From the NCBI RefSeq assembly GCF_006345805.1, contig NC_043006.1, positions 103,292,001-103,356,000 of the forward strand: a DNA stretch of 64,000 nucleotides, in the 5' to 3' direction. Of the stretch, positions 39,673 through 53,505 are shown one piece after another. Position numbers and translations under genes: made by a program. The notes under the pieces are model-generated. The model was not told the DNA's origin and searched no databases. It saw nothing but the letters and a program-made list of their open reading frames with translations. The DNA is from Octopus sinensis. Lineage: Eukaryota. Position 1 is the stretch's first letter. Each line of letters opens with the position of its first letter.

Positions 39673-40199
39673 GACGGTCTTCTTTCATCTTCTATCTACC
39701 AGATGCACTCATAAGGCTCCTTTCGACCCGAAGACATACTAGAAGGCTGAAGCTTAAGATGCCACGGAATGGAACTGAACCGAAAGCATATGGTTGTAGT
39801 GGAAACTTTTTACGACACCGCCAACCTTAAGAAGCTTCTCAGCGATTTAACAATGCTGCAGCTGTTAGCAACCTCGACTCGCACTAATTTGGTTGCTTCT
39901 TTTATACCTGGTCAACGAAAACAAAAAAAAAATTAAAAAATCAAAATCAAAATCAAAATCAAAATAATAATGAAAAACTATCAAAATAACAAATAGGTAA
40001 ATAAAACAAAAACGAGGAATGGACAAACACCCCTAAATCCCACCTTTCCAGAAAATGAAAATTGTTAGGAAATATTTCAAGCTTCGCATACTTCATTAAT
40101 CTAATTTATCTCAACACTTCCCCGAAACTGAACGTTAATTCTTTTGTTTTGTTGCTACATTGGATGTTGCTTGTTTTATGTTTTTATTCATTCATTTAT

Positions 40200-40325
40200 T
40201 AGTTCATTCTTTCTGTCCTTCTTTCTTCCGTCCTTCCTCTTCGCTTCTTAATTTTCTTTCTTTTCCCTTCTCTTCATTTTATTTTCCTCTGGATGTTTGT
40301 CCAATCGTTAGTTGTTTCTGTCTTC

Positions 40326-40361
<36 letters not shown>

Positions 40362-40645
40362 CTCTTTCATTCTTCCTTTTCTACCTTTCTCTTTCTTATC
40401 TGTCTTCTTTCTTTCTTCCTTTTTTTATTTCCAGCTTTCTTTTCTGTCTTCTTTCTTTCTTTTTCTTTCTCTTCTTTTCTTTTCTCCCCTTCCTGCTTCC
40501 CTCTTTCTTCATTTTATTCTCCCCTTCTTCTCCTCCTTCCACCCTAAATATCCACCCTACCTCCTTCCGCTCCTTCTCTCTTTTCTTCATAATCTCCTCT
40601 CTCTCTCCCTCTCCCTCTCTCTCTCTATCTGTCTGTATCTGTCTA

Positions 40646-40699
<54 letters not shown>

Positions 40700-40700
40700 C
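40200..40700. repeat. Polypyrimidine low-complexity tract
   Basis: Direct reading. Confidence 0.9.
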
Positions 40701-41379
40701 CTTCCGCTACCTTAACTGCCCGAAACAGCAACATCACACAGAGAAATGTGAAGTCAGGTTAGAAAACAGATCAAAATTTCTATCTTCTGTATAAATAGAT
40801 GACCTTGTTTATTTTTACACCGTGTGGAAGCATTGGCAACTAAACCTGGCATTATTCCAGTCATACACAGCCCAAGCAATAAAGTAAAAACTACAACAAC
40901 AATGTAACTAAATATAAGGGACCAAACAAACGCATGAATAAACGCAATTATAAAAAAACAAACAAATAAAGCTGCAAATAAATAAAAGTTAATAAATAAC
41001 ATAAAATTAAAAAATAAAAACGGATTTCTTACATAAGCCCCAAACCTTGTAGCTGTAAGATAGAAGTAGAGTCAATTATATTGAATTTAGTAGTTTACAA
41101 GTACTTTTAGAAACCTGGAATTGGTAACAGGTAAGGTTGGTTATGGCAGGATTCGAAAAACTGAACGCAAAACAAATGGAAGAAGATAGTGTGTAGCAAT
41201 CTATCTAGCGCTCTATCGGTACTGTCATTTTGTTGAGCAAACAAAACGTATAATGTGTGAATAATAATTGGTGCGAATGTAAGGAGATAACTGATAATGA
41301 AAGAGTATGCATGTGTGCATGAATGCTTTTATCAAGAATGATATAGAATCACCTTGGAAGGCTCAGGGTGATGCAATGC

Positions 41380-42680
41380 ATTGCGCCTCTGTAGAGGGTC
41401 TGTTGAGGTTCCTGTCCGTAATCCTCAAGATTGGTTCAGTGATAACAACATAGATGTCCAACAGTTGACAGATAAAATACTCAGCTCTCGCAAAACATAA
41501 ATAAATGATAAGAACTCATCCAGAAAACAGAATGCCTACACGTGCTCTGAGGCAGATGAAGAAGGCTTGGTGCTCTTCGAACGCTACTGAACTGCAAGAA
41601 GCGGCAAACAGAAAATATTCTAAAGACCCGTGTGTTATCCTCATGAAAGTGAATAGTCCTCAAGAGTACGGTGTTACTCCTATTTTTTTCATCGAATAGA
41701 GAGACAATGTTGATTGACAAATCTGACAACCTGAAACGTGAAACGACGGAAAGATCACTTCGAAGCCGTGTTGAACTTCACCTCAGTCACTAATGATGAC
41801 GTTATAATGATTATTCCACCGCGTGCTGAAATACCGGAACTGTCTCTGGACCGAACCTTCCTAGAGGCGGTAAAATCTATTAACCAGATCTCTTCTGGTA
41901 AAGCGCTTGGCAGGGATGTTGTCCCCCGTGAAATTTACAAGCATGGTCGACAGAAGCTTTTTAAGAAACTATATGACCTCTTCATAACTATTTGGAAGGT
42001 AGGCCCTGTAGCACTGGACTTCAAGGATGCTTCAATTCAACATCTCTATAAGAACAAAGAAAGAGAAGTATCTGCGATAATCATTGTTGGATATCGTTTC
42101 TGCCTATTACTGGTAAAATTCTTGCTCGATTCATTCTTGACAGGATCACCAGACACGTTGTAAATGATATCCATCCAGCAGAATTACAGTGCGGGTTTCG
42201 CTCTGGTTGTGACACTTCTGCAAATCATGGAGAATTTACGTGAGAAAAATCAAGAATTGTTCATGGTATTCGTTGACCTTGCTAAGGCCTTCGACGCTGT
42301 TAACCGGCAAACATGGAAAGTTCTGAAAAAGCTTAGAAAAAGACAAGATGTTGAATGTTATCATCTCCGTTCATGAGGGAATGAAGGTTGCTGTCGTGTC
42401 CGGTGGGGAATCTTTGGCTTCCATCGACGCAACAAACAGCACAAAACAAAGTCGTGTTATGGACCCTGTTTGTTTGCACTCTTTTTTTCAGTGATGTTGA
42501 GGTAGGGTTTTGGTGACACACAAAGTGGTGTTGATTTCCAGTTTCGAACAAGTGGTGGACTATTCAATCATCAGCGTTTCAAAGTCAGAACACTGCTACG
42601 CACCAGTACCACTCGTGTTCTTCTTTTTGCAGATGATGCTGCACTTGTAGCGAGCTTCTGAGAGGAAGCTCAGGAACTTC
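41380..42680 (+). mobile_element. RTE/BovB-like LINE internal remnant
   Basis: QDWFSDN, HFEAVLN, SSGKALGRD..P.EIYKHG, DFKDASIQHLYK, FVDLAKAFDAVNR, LLFADDAALVA. Confidence 0.9.
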
Positions 42681-43063
42681 CAAATCATATATATATATAT
42701 ATATGTAGACATTCTCAATATAGAAAACACTTTGTAGCGCTCAAGTGACTTGAACTTACACTCCGAAACTTTTACCGTGAACCATGTCAGCGGTGGTAAA
42801 GAGGGACTATAAGAGGAGTCCAGGTGAGCAGATATGGGCACAATGGTGCTAACCAGAGCAGATTTTCTCTCTGTGTATTTGCATCATTGTCTTCATATAT
42901 ATGTATGCATAACTGCATGTATTTGGCTCTCTGTGTATTTCTCTGTGTGTGTGTGTGTGTACATACAATTAAATACATACATTCATACTTACATGCATGC
43001 ATACATACATACATACATACATACATACATACATACATACATACATACATACATACATACATA

Positions 43064-43830
43064 CAGGGTGTGAGGGGGTATTTGATGGACTTTTATTTAT
43101 CAGTATATTACTCTCTTCAAATCAACTGAGACGTTTTTATTCCATTATGATCACCCATGAAGAAATGCTAAAACATGCGAGGAAATTCATGGATTTTTGT
43201 TATATGTGCAGAAAACAGCAATTTAGAAATTACTAACTTTCTAAATGCTACAGAATCTTTTGGTCACAAATTTGGGATGCAATTGGAAGACTTTTGCAGT
43301 TAAGCTTCAACTGCATCAAAAGAAAAATGAAACAATATAAACGTTTGGACACTACCAGGGCACCAGAATTCATTCGGATCCAAAACAAATGCCTAAAGTT
43401 TCGAAGTGCACGATCTGAACTTTGATGTAGGAGGATATCCGATACAATCATTTGTACAGAAGAGGGACCATATCGTGTCTACGAAGACAAAACGAAACCG
43501 TTTCATCAGTGCCAGGAGGTTACTTAACAAGTTTTACAAACCAACAAACATAGGAGGCTTTGGTTCTTCTCTGATGGGAGAGGCATCGTCTAAGACAGAA
43601 AATCTTACAAGGGAAATGACATTTGGTTATGTGCAGATCTTCTTTATAACCCCAAAAGGAATTTCACACTAAGTTTCCAACAGCTGTAATGGTTTTAAAT
43701 GTAGTGAGTAACGAAGGATATGACATACCACCTCGCCTTTCATCACCGAGCCTTAGATTCACTGCTGCAATTTATGCTGAATATTCCTATAAGAAAGCTT
43801 GCTGGAAGCAGAAGGAACAACCTTTATTAA
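43064..43830 (+). mobile_element. maT/DD37D-like Tc1/mariner 5' remnant
   Basis: TA|CAGGGTG terminus; WFFSDG, GNDIWLCAD, TKFPTAVMVLNVVSNEG. Confidence 0.75.
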
Positions 43831-43915
43831 AACATATGTGGTTTCTTCTTTATTAGAATTGTTTGATTAAATTACCAAGTTTTATTAAATTACCTTGAAA
43901 TTATTCCCGCACCTT

Positions 43916-43992
43916 TTAATTGTATTTATGTATATATGTATGTATGTACGTACGCATGTATGTATGTGAGCATGTATGTATGTATGTATGTA

Positions 43993-44028
<36 letters not shown>

Positions 44029-44730
44029 TGTATGTATGTATGTATGTGTGTATGTGTGTATTTATGTATGTGTGTATGTATGTATGCATGTATGTATGTA
44101 TGCATGTATGTATGTGTGTATGTATGTATGTATGTATGTATGTATGTATGTATGTATGCTTGTATGTATGTATGTATGTATGTATGTATGTATGTATGCA
44201 TGCATGTATGTATGTATGTATGTATGTGTGTATGTATGATTGTATGTATGTATGCATGCATGTATGTATGCTTGTATGTATGTATGCATGTATGTATGTA
44301 TGCATGTATGTATGTATGTATGTATGCATGTATGTATGTATGTATGCATGTATGTATGTATGCATGTATGTATGTATGCATGTATGTATGTATGCTTGTA
44401 TGTATGTATGCATGTATGTATGTATGCTTCTTTGTATGTATGCATGTATGCATGTATGTATGTATGCATGTATGTATATATGTATGTATGTATGTATGCA
44501 AGTATGTTTGCATGTATGTATGTTTGTATGCATGTATGTATGTAAGTATACATGTCTGTCTGTATGTACTTATGTACGTATGTATGTTTGTATGCATATG
44601 TACGTATGTATAAATGTAGGTTTGTATGTATTTATGTATGCATGTATGTATAAATGTTTGCATGTATGCATGTATGTAAGCATGTATGTATGTATTATGT
44701 AGGTAGGTAGGCAGGTAGGTAGGTTGGAAG

Positions 44731-44761
<31 letters not shown>

Positions 44762-44830
44762 TGTATGTATATATGTATGTATGTATGTATATAGGTAGGT
44801 AGGTAGGTAGGTAGATAGGTAGGTAGGTAG
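43916..44830. repeat. ~900-bp degenerate (TATG)n satellite ending in (GTAG)n
   Basis: Direct reading. Confidence 0.95.
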
Positions 44831-45111
44831 TTATGCCTGTAATTATGTACATAGTAAAAATAAAGATCAAATATGATTTGCCGCATGCGGAATTTGAGTG
44901 AGTGACATAGAACTCTACAACTGATTGAGTCACTGACGTAACAGACCGTCTGTTTTTTGGGGGATTTTTTCCGATGCTGTGGGCCTTAATAGTGACGTTG
45001 ATTATTATCGGATAATAAATTATTTTCAATTGGTTAACTTGGGTCGCGTGATTTGGCCAGATACTGCATGGCTTATGTGACTTCTCTGGTTTGTAGAGAT
45101 AGCTGAATACT

Positions 45112-45305
<194 letters not shown>

Positions 45306-45899
45306 TATTAAGGAACAAATCTGGTGCAATATGTAATAGAATTTTCCATTGCTTCAGTGGAAATATCTATTAAAAAATCGTTGGTATTACTCTAAAAATT
45401 TAGACTCTTTTTTTTTTATCAGATAATGGCTTAGAATTATCTAATAGTGAGACAGTTCTTGACAACCATATGAAATTTCTGTCTCCTGAATACGTGACTG
45501 CTGAAATATACTGTGTTTCAACAAGTTATTCCGGCTAAATTTGGCAGTTTACGTAAAAGAAAAGAAAACACATCATTCTTTCCAAAACTGAACGATTTTG
45601 AAAACATCAAAAACTTCCCAACTGCTATTATGGTTGGGAAATAGCAGTTTACTCAAAGTTGCCGCCAACAGTTACACCACGGCTCCATGGCGGCCTCAGA
45701 ACCTGGCGCATGCTTTCTTCTTTCTGCCCGTGGGAAGATCTTTGCAACCTGTTTGACCTCGGCCACCAGCATCGGGAGAACGAGAAGATCAGAAACTGGG
45801 GCTTGTGATGTCGCAGTAAATGTTCGACAACCACTTTTGACTCTTTTCTGGGGTATGACAAGGATACGAATCCTGCTGCCTCATATATAGCCCTCTTCA

Positions 45900-46290
45900 G
45901 CTAGGGTTTGGCTACAGCTTACTGTGGTATCACATAGCCGTCTGAATTGAGCATAAGGCCGTGTTCAGGTATGTGGAGTGGCATGACGTCACTCTCCCTA
46001 GAGACGCAGAAAGAGCATGGCAGTCTGGGGGGGGGGACTTGATTTTCATGATGATCATGTCCCATCTTGCATCGTTTACAGTGTCTCAGAGCATTGAGCA
46101 GCAGCATTTATGTCAGCATTTTGATACCCGGCACAAATCAGTATGATACAGGTTACATTTTTCCAATATTCAGAGGCTTCCTGTCTTTCATTCCATTTAA
46201 CAGTTTTTTCAATAACCGCGCATGCTCTTGAATACCGCTGAGTGTTTCTCAATACATTAGGCATAAAAACCGTGATATATTTATTCTGAA
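45900..46290 (-). mobile_element. Internally deleted maT-like transposase remnant
   Basis: PQTAMLF and VSRESDVMPLHIPEHGLMLNSDGYV resemble PQTVMVFG.VS.EGDVMPPH.F..GL.LNSD.Y. Confidence 0.6.
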
Positions 46291-46645
46291 TACGCAGTTT
46301 GAGTTTCCAATTCTGGGAAAATTCATTTAAGGGTAGAATACACCGGTATTACACCAGTTTATGATAGAGAGCTCATCATTCTAGTCCTGAATTCTCAAAA
46401 TATATTTGTAAAGTATATCTGTATATTTCAATGTCTATAGACCAGAAGGAATTTTCATTCTGAGTGAACCATTCCTTGAAATCTGTCGGTGTGAGTTCCG
46501 TACGGTTATTTATGATAACGGTTTCCTCCCAAACCATTGCAAAGCAGTGTTCAATGGTTGAGCGCCAATGGTTGAACACCAGTTGTTGAACACCAATAGT
46601 TGAATACCAATGAATGAAGCACACACACACACACCACACACACAC

Positions 46646-46690
<45 letters not shown>

Positions 46691-47980
46691 GTGATGATTG
46701 CTATATAACATGTATATGCCGAGACATTATGGCAGATATCGTGTTATTTATTAGTAATTATTCCGTAATAAAACTAAATATAAAGTTGACAGCTGTCTAC
46801 TTGTATTGCCTAAGGCATAAAAGCACATTATGTAGACTCAAATCATGCAACTACATACGCTACGCACAGACACATACATACACATACATTATATACACAC
46901 ACACACATACACACAAACACATATTTGTAACATACTCGGAGTCGCTGGTCTATTGTATGACGGACAAACAAATGTAGCTTTCCATTTGGCGGCAGAAAGA
47001 ATTAATCCATTTGACCAGTAACGAAATCTACTGGGGTCGATCTAATCTACTGGGGTCGATCTAATCGACTGGTCCCTTCCACAAAGTAGAGCAGAAAACA
47101 AGATTAATATATTTGCATCTACCTATTTACACTGGTCAGCTGTCTAGTCAACTTCATTCAAGCACCTTCCACAGATGTTGTCCGAAGCGAACTAAGCGTT
47201 ACGTACACTTGGTTAATGTTATTTTGCTAGGTTACTATAGGTTTTGAGAGAAAGGAATGCGAGGAGAAGATTTGGAAACTTGATAAGGCTAGAAAACCTT
47301 CGATATATTTGACCTAATCACAACCTAAGGTTTAAGTTCGAAATGTGACTCCTAAACTTTAAGTAGGTCAAAGTATACTTTTTAAACCCTAGTTTTAGGC
47401 GGACTATCAGTTTGTGATCTTTCGATATTGTGTACAACTGCTGGCCATTAAATCAGATAAGATTAAATCTGAGGTATGAAGAACTTATTTACGAGGCCAG
47501 TTCGAAATTTTTCTGTATAAATCGAATTTTAGCCTATATGTAGTGTCATCGTCCTATACGTGTTGCGAGTATTTTAAAAAATAGATGGTTTCATTTAAAG
47601 AGAATACTGATTGAAACATGCAATTTAAACCAGAAAATTACCCTGGAAATTACCATGTTATCTGAGGCACCTCAGATAACATCCTAAATTACATGTAGAT
47701 TCCAATGAAGCATTTGAATGGTAAGCGTAGGTGAATCGTATGGAATCGGAGGAAAAAATGAACTTTGTGCATTGAGGAAATATTCCGTGTTTTCACAGCT
47801 GGATACCAGTTGCTTAGCAGTAAGGAAGAACAAGCCTTAAGATGTTTGCACCTACACCGGAATTTCTAATTCGGCATATAATTTGGTAACAATGGAATTC
47901 TGAATAATCAAATACAATGTTCTAATAATAATTTCCGACTCAAGTTTCATTGTTTATATTTGGCTGGTGTTAGAAATCGT

Positions 47981-48420
47981 GGATCTTTTCGGTTTGAACG
48001 GCAGTTTTTTCTAGCGGTGTCATATGAAATTGTCACCCATAATTATGACCCTAGTATCGATCTATTGCATTTAAATATGTTTTAGGGTTAGGTAGGGTTA
48101 GGGTTAGGGTTATAGTTAGGGGTGGGGGGAAGGGCATCTTTTTTTCTTCACAAATGTAAATAAACCCAATCTGTTTCTTAAACGAAGGACATATTCATAC
48201 GGCACAGAATGTTTTTTTACCTCAATAGACGTCAGTGATTGGTTGAAATTGCAGAAATTGAAGAAAAAAACCTACAAATATCTTACAAACTATAGAATGT
48301 TCCCAATAAAGCCAAGAGAAAAAGATGTTTTATAAACACATTCTACCAGTATACGAAGTTTAAAATTGTTTAGTTACCTAGAAATTATGTTAAAAACTGC
48401 CATTCAAACCGAAAAGATCC
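47981..48420 (+). mobile_element. TTAGGG-carrying MITE, copy 2
   Basis: Intact TIRs; perfect 8-bp TSD GAAATCGT (47973-80 / 48421-28). Confidence 0.95.
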
Positions 48421-49455
48421 GAAATCGTTATTAGACCATACTATTTAAAATTCCTCTCTTTTACCCGAATGTCTTTAAACAGATTTACTAATTCATTTGA
48501 TTGCTCGTCTCCGCATTTACACAACAAAGATATGTGGAGGTAAAAGGCAAGCACTTTATCGGAGGTATTTAACTGCATAGATGTATCTAGGTGTCGACTT
48601 GTTAATTGATTTTTGTGAAAAATAGAAAGTTATGTTCAGGTTATTTTTTTAATCGTCTTTTTTCACATGTCTGTCTTTTCGCACACTGGAACAATTGCCA
48701 TTAATAATTCCTTCGCGCAAAACTGAATTTCAACGACCGAGATGACAAACAGGTCAAAGTAGAGACTTTAGGATATTTGTCAATCAACTGAAGTATACTC
48801 TACCCATCAATGACAACGTTTTCAAGCTTCCATTCTAACGTTCTAACCAATGAAATGAATTTAGAAGTTTTCAACAACCATTCACAATAACTGCGACAAA
48901 TCGAATTTGCTTCAATCGACGTTTGCAGATTAATTAGAAAATATAAACAGAAAAAAATATCAGAAAATATTCCACTTAACTGCTAAAAATGAATTAAAAA
49001 TCCGTTATTAAATTCAGAATAGAATCCTCGCATTTTAATTCCTAACTTACCTCTGCTGTTAATGAATGTTTTACGCCAGGGGTGGGGCGATGTAAAGAAT
49101 CTACTTAAAGCACAATGCAATCAAACGCTTGTATTAGAAACGATTTCCAAGATTTATGAATGTGAAACAGTATTTCACCTTTATACTTCTAAGGTTAGAA
49201 AATATCGAGGGCTTTCAACTTTATTTCATTTTCTATCTGCCTGTAAAACATTGTGCTATTTGTCCGCCAGCCACTCCCTCGGCTTTAGATGCGACTGAAA
49301 TAATTGTGAGTTATTGGCGGATACATCCAAAGTGATGTAATAATGTTTGTCGCCGTATTTATCACATTAGTAGTTTTTAAATCTGATTTATTATTTACCG
49401 AGGATTGTCAATTCATATTTCGGACAAATAAATTATAATAAAAAGATATAAGTAT

Positions 49456-49520
<65 letters not shown>

Positions 49521-49649
49521 ACGATACAAATAAGATATTTTTTCTAAAGCAGAGATGATGCTGTTGTAATGACAACTCCGCTTTCGATAAAAATATCCTA
49601 GTTGTCTTGTAGAATACATACTTTCTACGCTTCTAATAAAAGAGCAAAT

Positions 49650-50105
49650 ACCTGTTTGCTTACATTTATGTATGGATGTGTGTGTGTGTGTGTGTGTGTG
49701 TATGCGTTCTTGTTATTTCTTTATTCTGTGTGTGTATGCGTTCTTGTGTGTGCCTCTGTGTGTGTGTGTGTCTGTGTGTGTATGCGTTCTTGTGTGTGCC
49801 TCTGTGTGTGTGGTGTGTCTGTGTGTGTATGCGTTCTTGTGGGTGCCTCTGTGTGTATGTGTGTGTGTGTGTGTTTGTGCTCGCACGCACCTGTATGTGT
49901 GCCTCTGTGTATGTGTCTGTGCCTCACCGCCGCTTGACGACGGATGTTAGTGTGATAGCGTTCGTGTACCTTAGAGGTTCGGAGAAAAGAACCGATAGAA
50001 TAAGTACCAGTCTTTAGAAAAAAAGAAAGGACAGTCGTGAATCGATTAGTCGATTAATGAAGGCAGTACCCCAGGATGGCCGATGTCTTATGACTGAAAC
50101 AAATA
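49650..50105 (+). mobile_element. SINE family B 3' part with higher-order (TG) repeats
   Basis: CACCGCCGCTTGAC...GGTTCGG...CGATAGAATAAGTACCAG...GGATGGCC...GACTGAAACAA. Confidence 0.65.
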
Positions 50106-50170
50106 ATAAATGAAAGATGTGACCACAAATTAGTATTTTTGTTCTCGTAATTGATCTTATTTAATACTGT

Positions 50171-50965
50171 TTATTACCTCTGCCTTAGCGAAGGTGTAGG
50201 CATTGTTCTCAGTCGTGTTTGTTTTTCCGTGGACAAAATTTCTCAAGAACCACAGGATGGAATCGGATGAAACTTTCAAGGATATTTGGCCTCGTGACTG
50301 GCACGAACTTACATGATTTTGTCATTAATTCGGTACCGGACAGGGATTCTGGATTATTTGTTTACTTTACTTTACGAAGTATTATGATCTTAGACTAAAA
50401 AAAAGTCTTCATAGAGAATATTATCCCAGTTCCCACTGCAGACGGTACACACACAGCATTACAAACACGGCCTGCACACTCAACTTCACATTCCATGACT
50501 AACATTTGGATCTATCAGGTACTGGACAAGGCGGCGAGCTGGCAGAAACGTTAGCGCGCCGGACGAAATGCTGAGCGGTATTTCGTCTGCCGCTACGTTC
50601 TGAGTTCAAATTCCGCCGAGGTCGACTTTGCCTTTCATTCTTTCGGGGTCGATAAATTAAGTACCAGTTACGCACTGGGGTCGATGTAATCGACTTAATA
50701 CCTATGTCTGTCCTTGTTTATCCCCTCTATGTTTAGCCCCTTGTGAGTAATAAAGAAATAGGTACTGGACAAGGATTCTGGATTATCTTTCATGTTTTTT
50801 TACTTAATGTTTTGAGAGCAGTCGGGTTCATTTTTAGCATTTTCATTTGTGAGAGCAGCCGAGTTTATTTCAGATATTCCCATTTTTAAAGTAATCTCCG
50901 GCTAATCGTTGAGAGGACGCTGGTGTTGCCTTGGCAGAGGTTTTCACTCTCGGAGGGCTCTTGTT
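50171..50965 (+). mobile_element. Helentron-associated (HINE/DINE-1-like) element with nested SINE
   Basis: Subterminal IR ACCTCTGCC(50176) / GGCAGAGGT(~50933), short 3' hairpin CTCTCGGAG, T-rich flanks. Confidence 0.55.
50530..50760 (+). mobile_element. SINE family A with perfect 15-bp TSD
   Basis: TSD AGGTACTGGACAAGG at 50517-50531 and 50760-50774. Confidence 0.95.
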
Positions 50966-51034
50966 TTTTTTTCTTTTACTCGTTTTTTGATCTTTTGCTT
51001 GTCTTAAGGCATCGAAATGGCAGAATCGTTAACA

Positions 51035-52844
51035 TGTGTCTGTGTGCATAGGTTGAGTGTTGTAGTGTGTTGTGGTTGTTGTGTTGCACTACTGCGTATT
51101 GACTTCTGTTGTAGTGTATTTGAGCACAGTGCTTAATGTTTTGAGTATGAGCGGTTCTTGTGTTGCAGTGTGGTTCTTCTAAAGAAGTTCTGTCAAGGTC
51201 GATGATCTCTTTCATACTTTCGGCGGGGTCGAGAAAATAAAGTACTGAAATCGATGACATTGATTTTTCCCCTCGAATTAAAATTGCTGAGTTTGAGCCA
51301 AAACTAAAAAAAAATAATGATTAATTTCTGTATCCAGAGTTCAGTTATTATTTAAGACTGTTGAATGTGGTTTTAGTGATATTTGGCAACTCTTTCTAAT
51401 GGGACAAGGGACCATACGTAGTATCCTGCACGTTTTATAGACTTTGGGATAAATTGCGATTACAATACATAGAAGAAATAAGACAGTTTCATAAGGAGAG
51501 AGGGCTCAGACAAGGGGTTTTACAAGTTTTGTTTCGATGGTTCAGAAACTATTTAGAGTCGAAGAATGGACAGTTTTGGTGGTCAGAGCGTGGTACGTTT
51601 GTAGGAGTCGTATGTCATTCTGTGCAGTGCGGTAAAGGTTGTAGTGTACGTGTGGTTGTAAAGTGATATAGGTTGTAGTAGTCGGAACATAGTGTGTTTG
51701 AGGGTGTAGATAGCGGTTAAAATATGGCGGTAGTGTTACTAGTATGTTATAGTGCAAAGACGATAGAAGAGTTAAAGTGCGTTCGTGTGTCAGTGGTTGG
51801 ATTATGTTTGTGTGTTAGAGGTTGAAGTGAATTAGCGCTTATCACTTGTTAGTGCTTGGGCAGTGTTAGTGGTTCTGGTATGTGTAGTGGATTGTGCCTT
51901 ATTGGTTGTATTATATGAGTGTGTATAGTTCGTTGCGCTTTGGTATGTTTGGGTGCAGTGTTTGCCATATTGTGGGGCGTCAATGCATTAATGTGAATTC
52001 AGTGTTGTTGTATTAGGTATAAGGCGGCGAGCTGGCAGAAACGTTAGCACGACGGGCGAAATGCGTAGCCGTATTTCGTATGTCGTTACGTTCTGAGTTC
52101 AAATTCCGCCGAGGTCGACTTTGCCATTCATCCTTTCGGGGTCGATAAATTAAGTACCAGTTACGCACTGGGGTCGATGTAATCGACTTAATCCCTTTGT
52201 CTGTCCTTGTTTGTCCTCTCTGTGTTTAGCCCCTTGTGGGTAGTAAAGAAATAAGTATATGGGCCCCGATACAAGCACTCGAAAATAAATTAAATGGTGC
52301 GCACATTAAAATGCTTAGGATTGTATAAAACATAAACTTGTGTCAACGTATTACAAATAAAAGTTTATACGAAAACTTGTGTAACAACAACAATTGCCCA
52401 ACCACTGTTACGATTTTCAGGAGATTACTGGGGAAGTGAACAGGAAGTTAAACTCATGTTATTATTATGGTGTCCAACTCACGTACAACGAGGTAGAGAA
52501 AGAACCGCTACAATATTCATCGAGTAATTCTCAGGCGATACAAATTTCGGTAAGTAGCAGTTGTCACGATCAATAGAAAACTTGAATTGTGGACAGATTT
52601 TGTCAGGGATTTCGACCGTGGTCGCTAAAGAAATATGTTGGTGTGTGCGTTAGTGAGTAGGTTGTCGTGTTGTGGTGTGTCTGTATGCATAGGTTGAGCG
52701 TTGTAGTGTGTTAGTGTGTTGTGGTTGTTGTTTGAGGTACTGCGTATTGATTTCTGTTGTAGCGTATTTGAGCACAGTGCTTAATGTTCTGCAGCGTGTT
52801 CGGGTATGAGTGGTTCTTGTGTTGCAGTGTGGTTCTCCTAGAAG
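51035..52844. repeat. Pair of ~150-170-bp direct repeats (51035-51187, 52676-52844) bracketing G/T-skewed DNA
   Basis: Shared GCATAGGTTGAG, ACTGCGTATTGA.TTCTGTTGTAG.GTATTTGAGCACAGTGCTTAATGTT and GGTTCTTGTGTTGCAGTGTGGTTCT. Confidence 0.85.
52023..52254 (+). mobile_element. SINE family A, full length
   Basis: Consensus match by eye. Confidence 0.93.
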
Positions 52845-53199
52845 TGTAGTGAAATAATGGGTAATGGTTTTAGCGTGGTAGTTGTCAAGTAGTAGTGTGT
52901 TTGTGTCATACGTGGATTCACTAATGTCGCAGCATCCAACCAAGTGGATTACATTTTCTTGGGTGGTAAAAACCTCGAGAGCGAACCACAAGGTTACTTT
53001 TTTCCTATTTCCAACGTATTCTACATATTACATTTTCAGTGAGGTAATCTGATGTTTATAACTGAAATAAATTTTATCCCTGAAAAACAAGATTAACCAT
53101 ACGAGTACCACCTTGGGTTTTTTTCTTTTCGCTAAGAAAAATAAATAAAATCTACAGATGCCATGACATTTCGCATCTAAGATAAGGAAATCTTTCCAC

Positions 53200-53505
53200 A
53201 TCGAGTCGCTACACCTCTGCATGGAGATAGTCGCACCTTCGGAACTACGGGTATGTGATTATGATGTCGTAGGTAAGAATCGCAAGACAAACTCTTCAAA
53301 CCGATCCAGCCGACAGAAGTCAATGGGGGGAGACCGAAAACAAGATGGCTGGACAACATCCGTCGACTCAGCTGGTCACATTTGGGAATCCAGCGGGAAA
53401 GTCTTATGGCAGTTGTTCCTGATAGGACCCTATGAATGTGGTACCTGAGGGTTCTACTGCCACGACCCTTCCAGGAATCAAGACGGAGGAATGGATGAAT
53501 GGATG
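53200..53505 (+). mobile_element. RTE (Rex3/Expander-like) LINE 3' end
   Basis: GRPKTRWLDNIRRLSWSHLGIQRE...LLPRP, followed by a (GATG)-type tail. Confidence 0.75.

Noticed and set aside
40160-40794. Hydrophobic F/L/S-rich 200-aa ORF
   Set aside because: Translation of a polypyrimidine low-complexity tract
44925-44945. Adjacent AP-1 (TGAGTCA) and CRE-like (TGACGTAA) sites
   Set aside because: Short motifs with no gene or TSS context
48081-48125. True telomere or chromosome fusion site
   Set aside because: The TTAGGG tracts are short, degenerate and internal to a MITE
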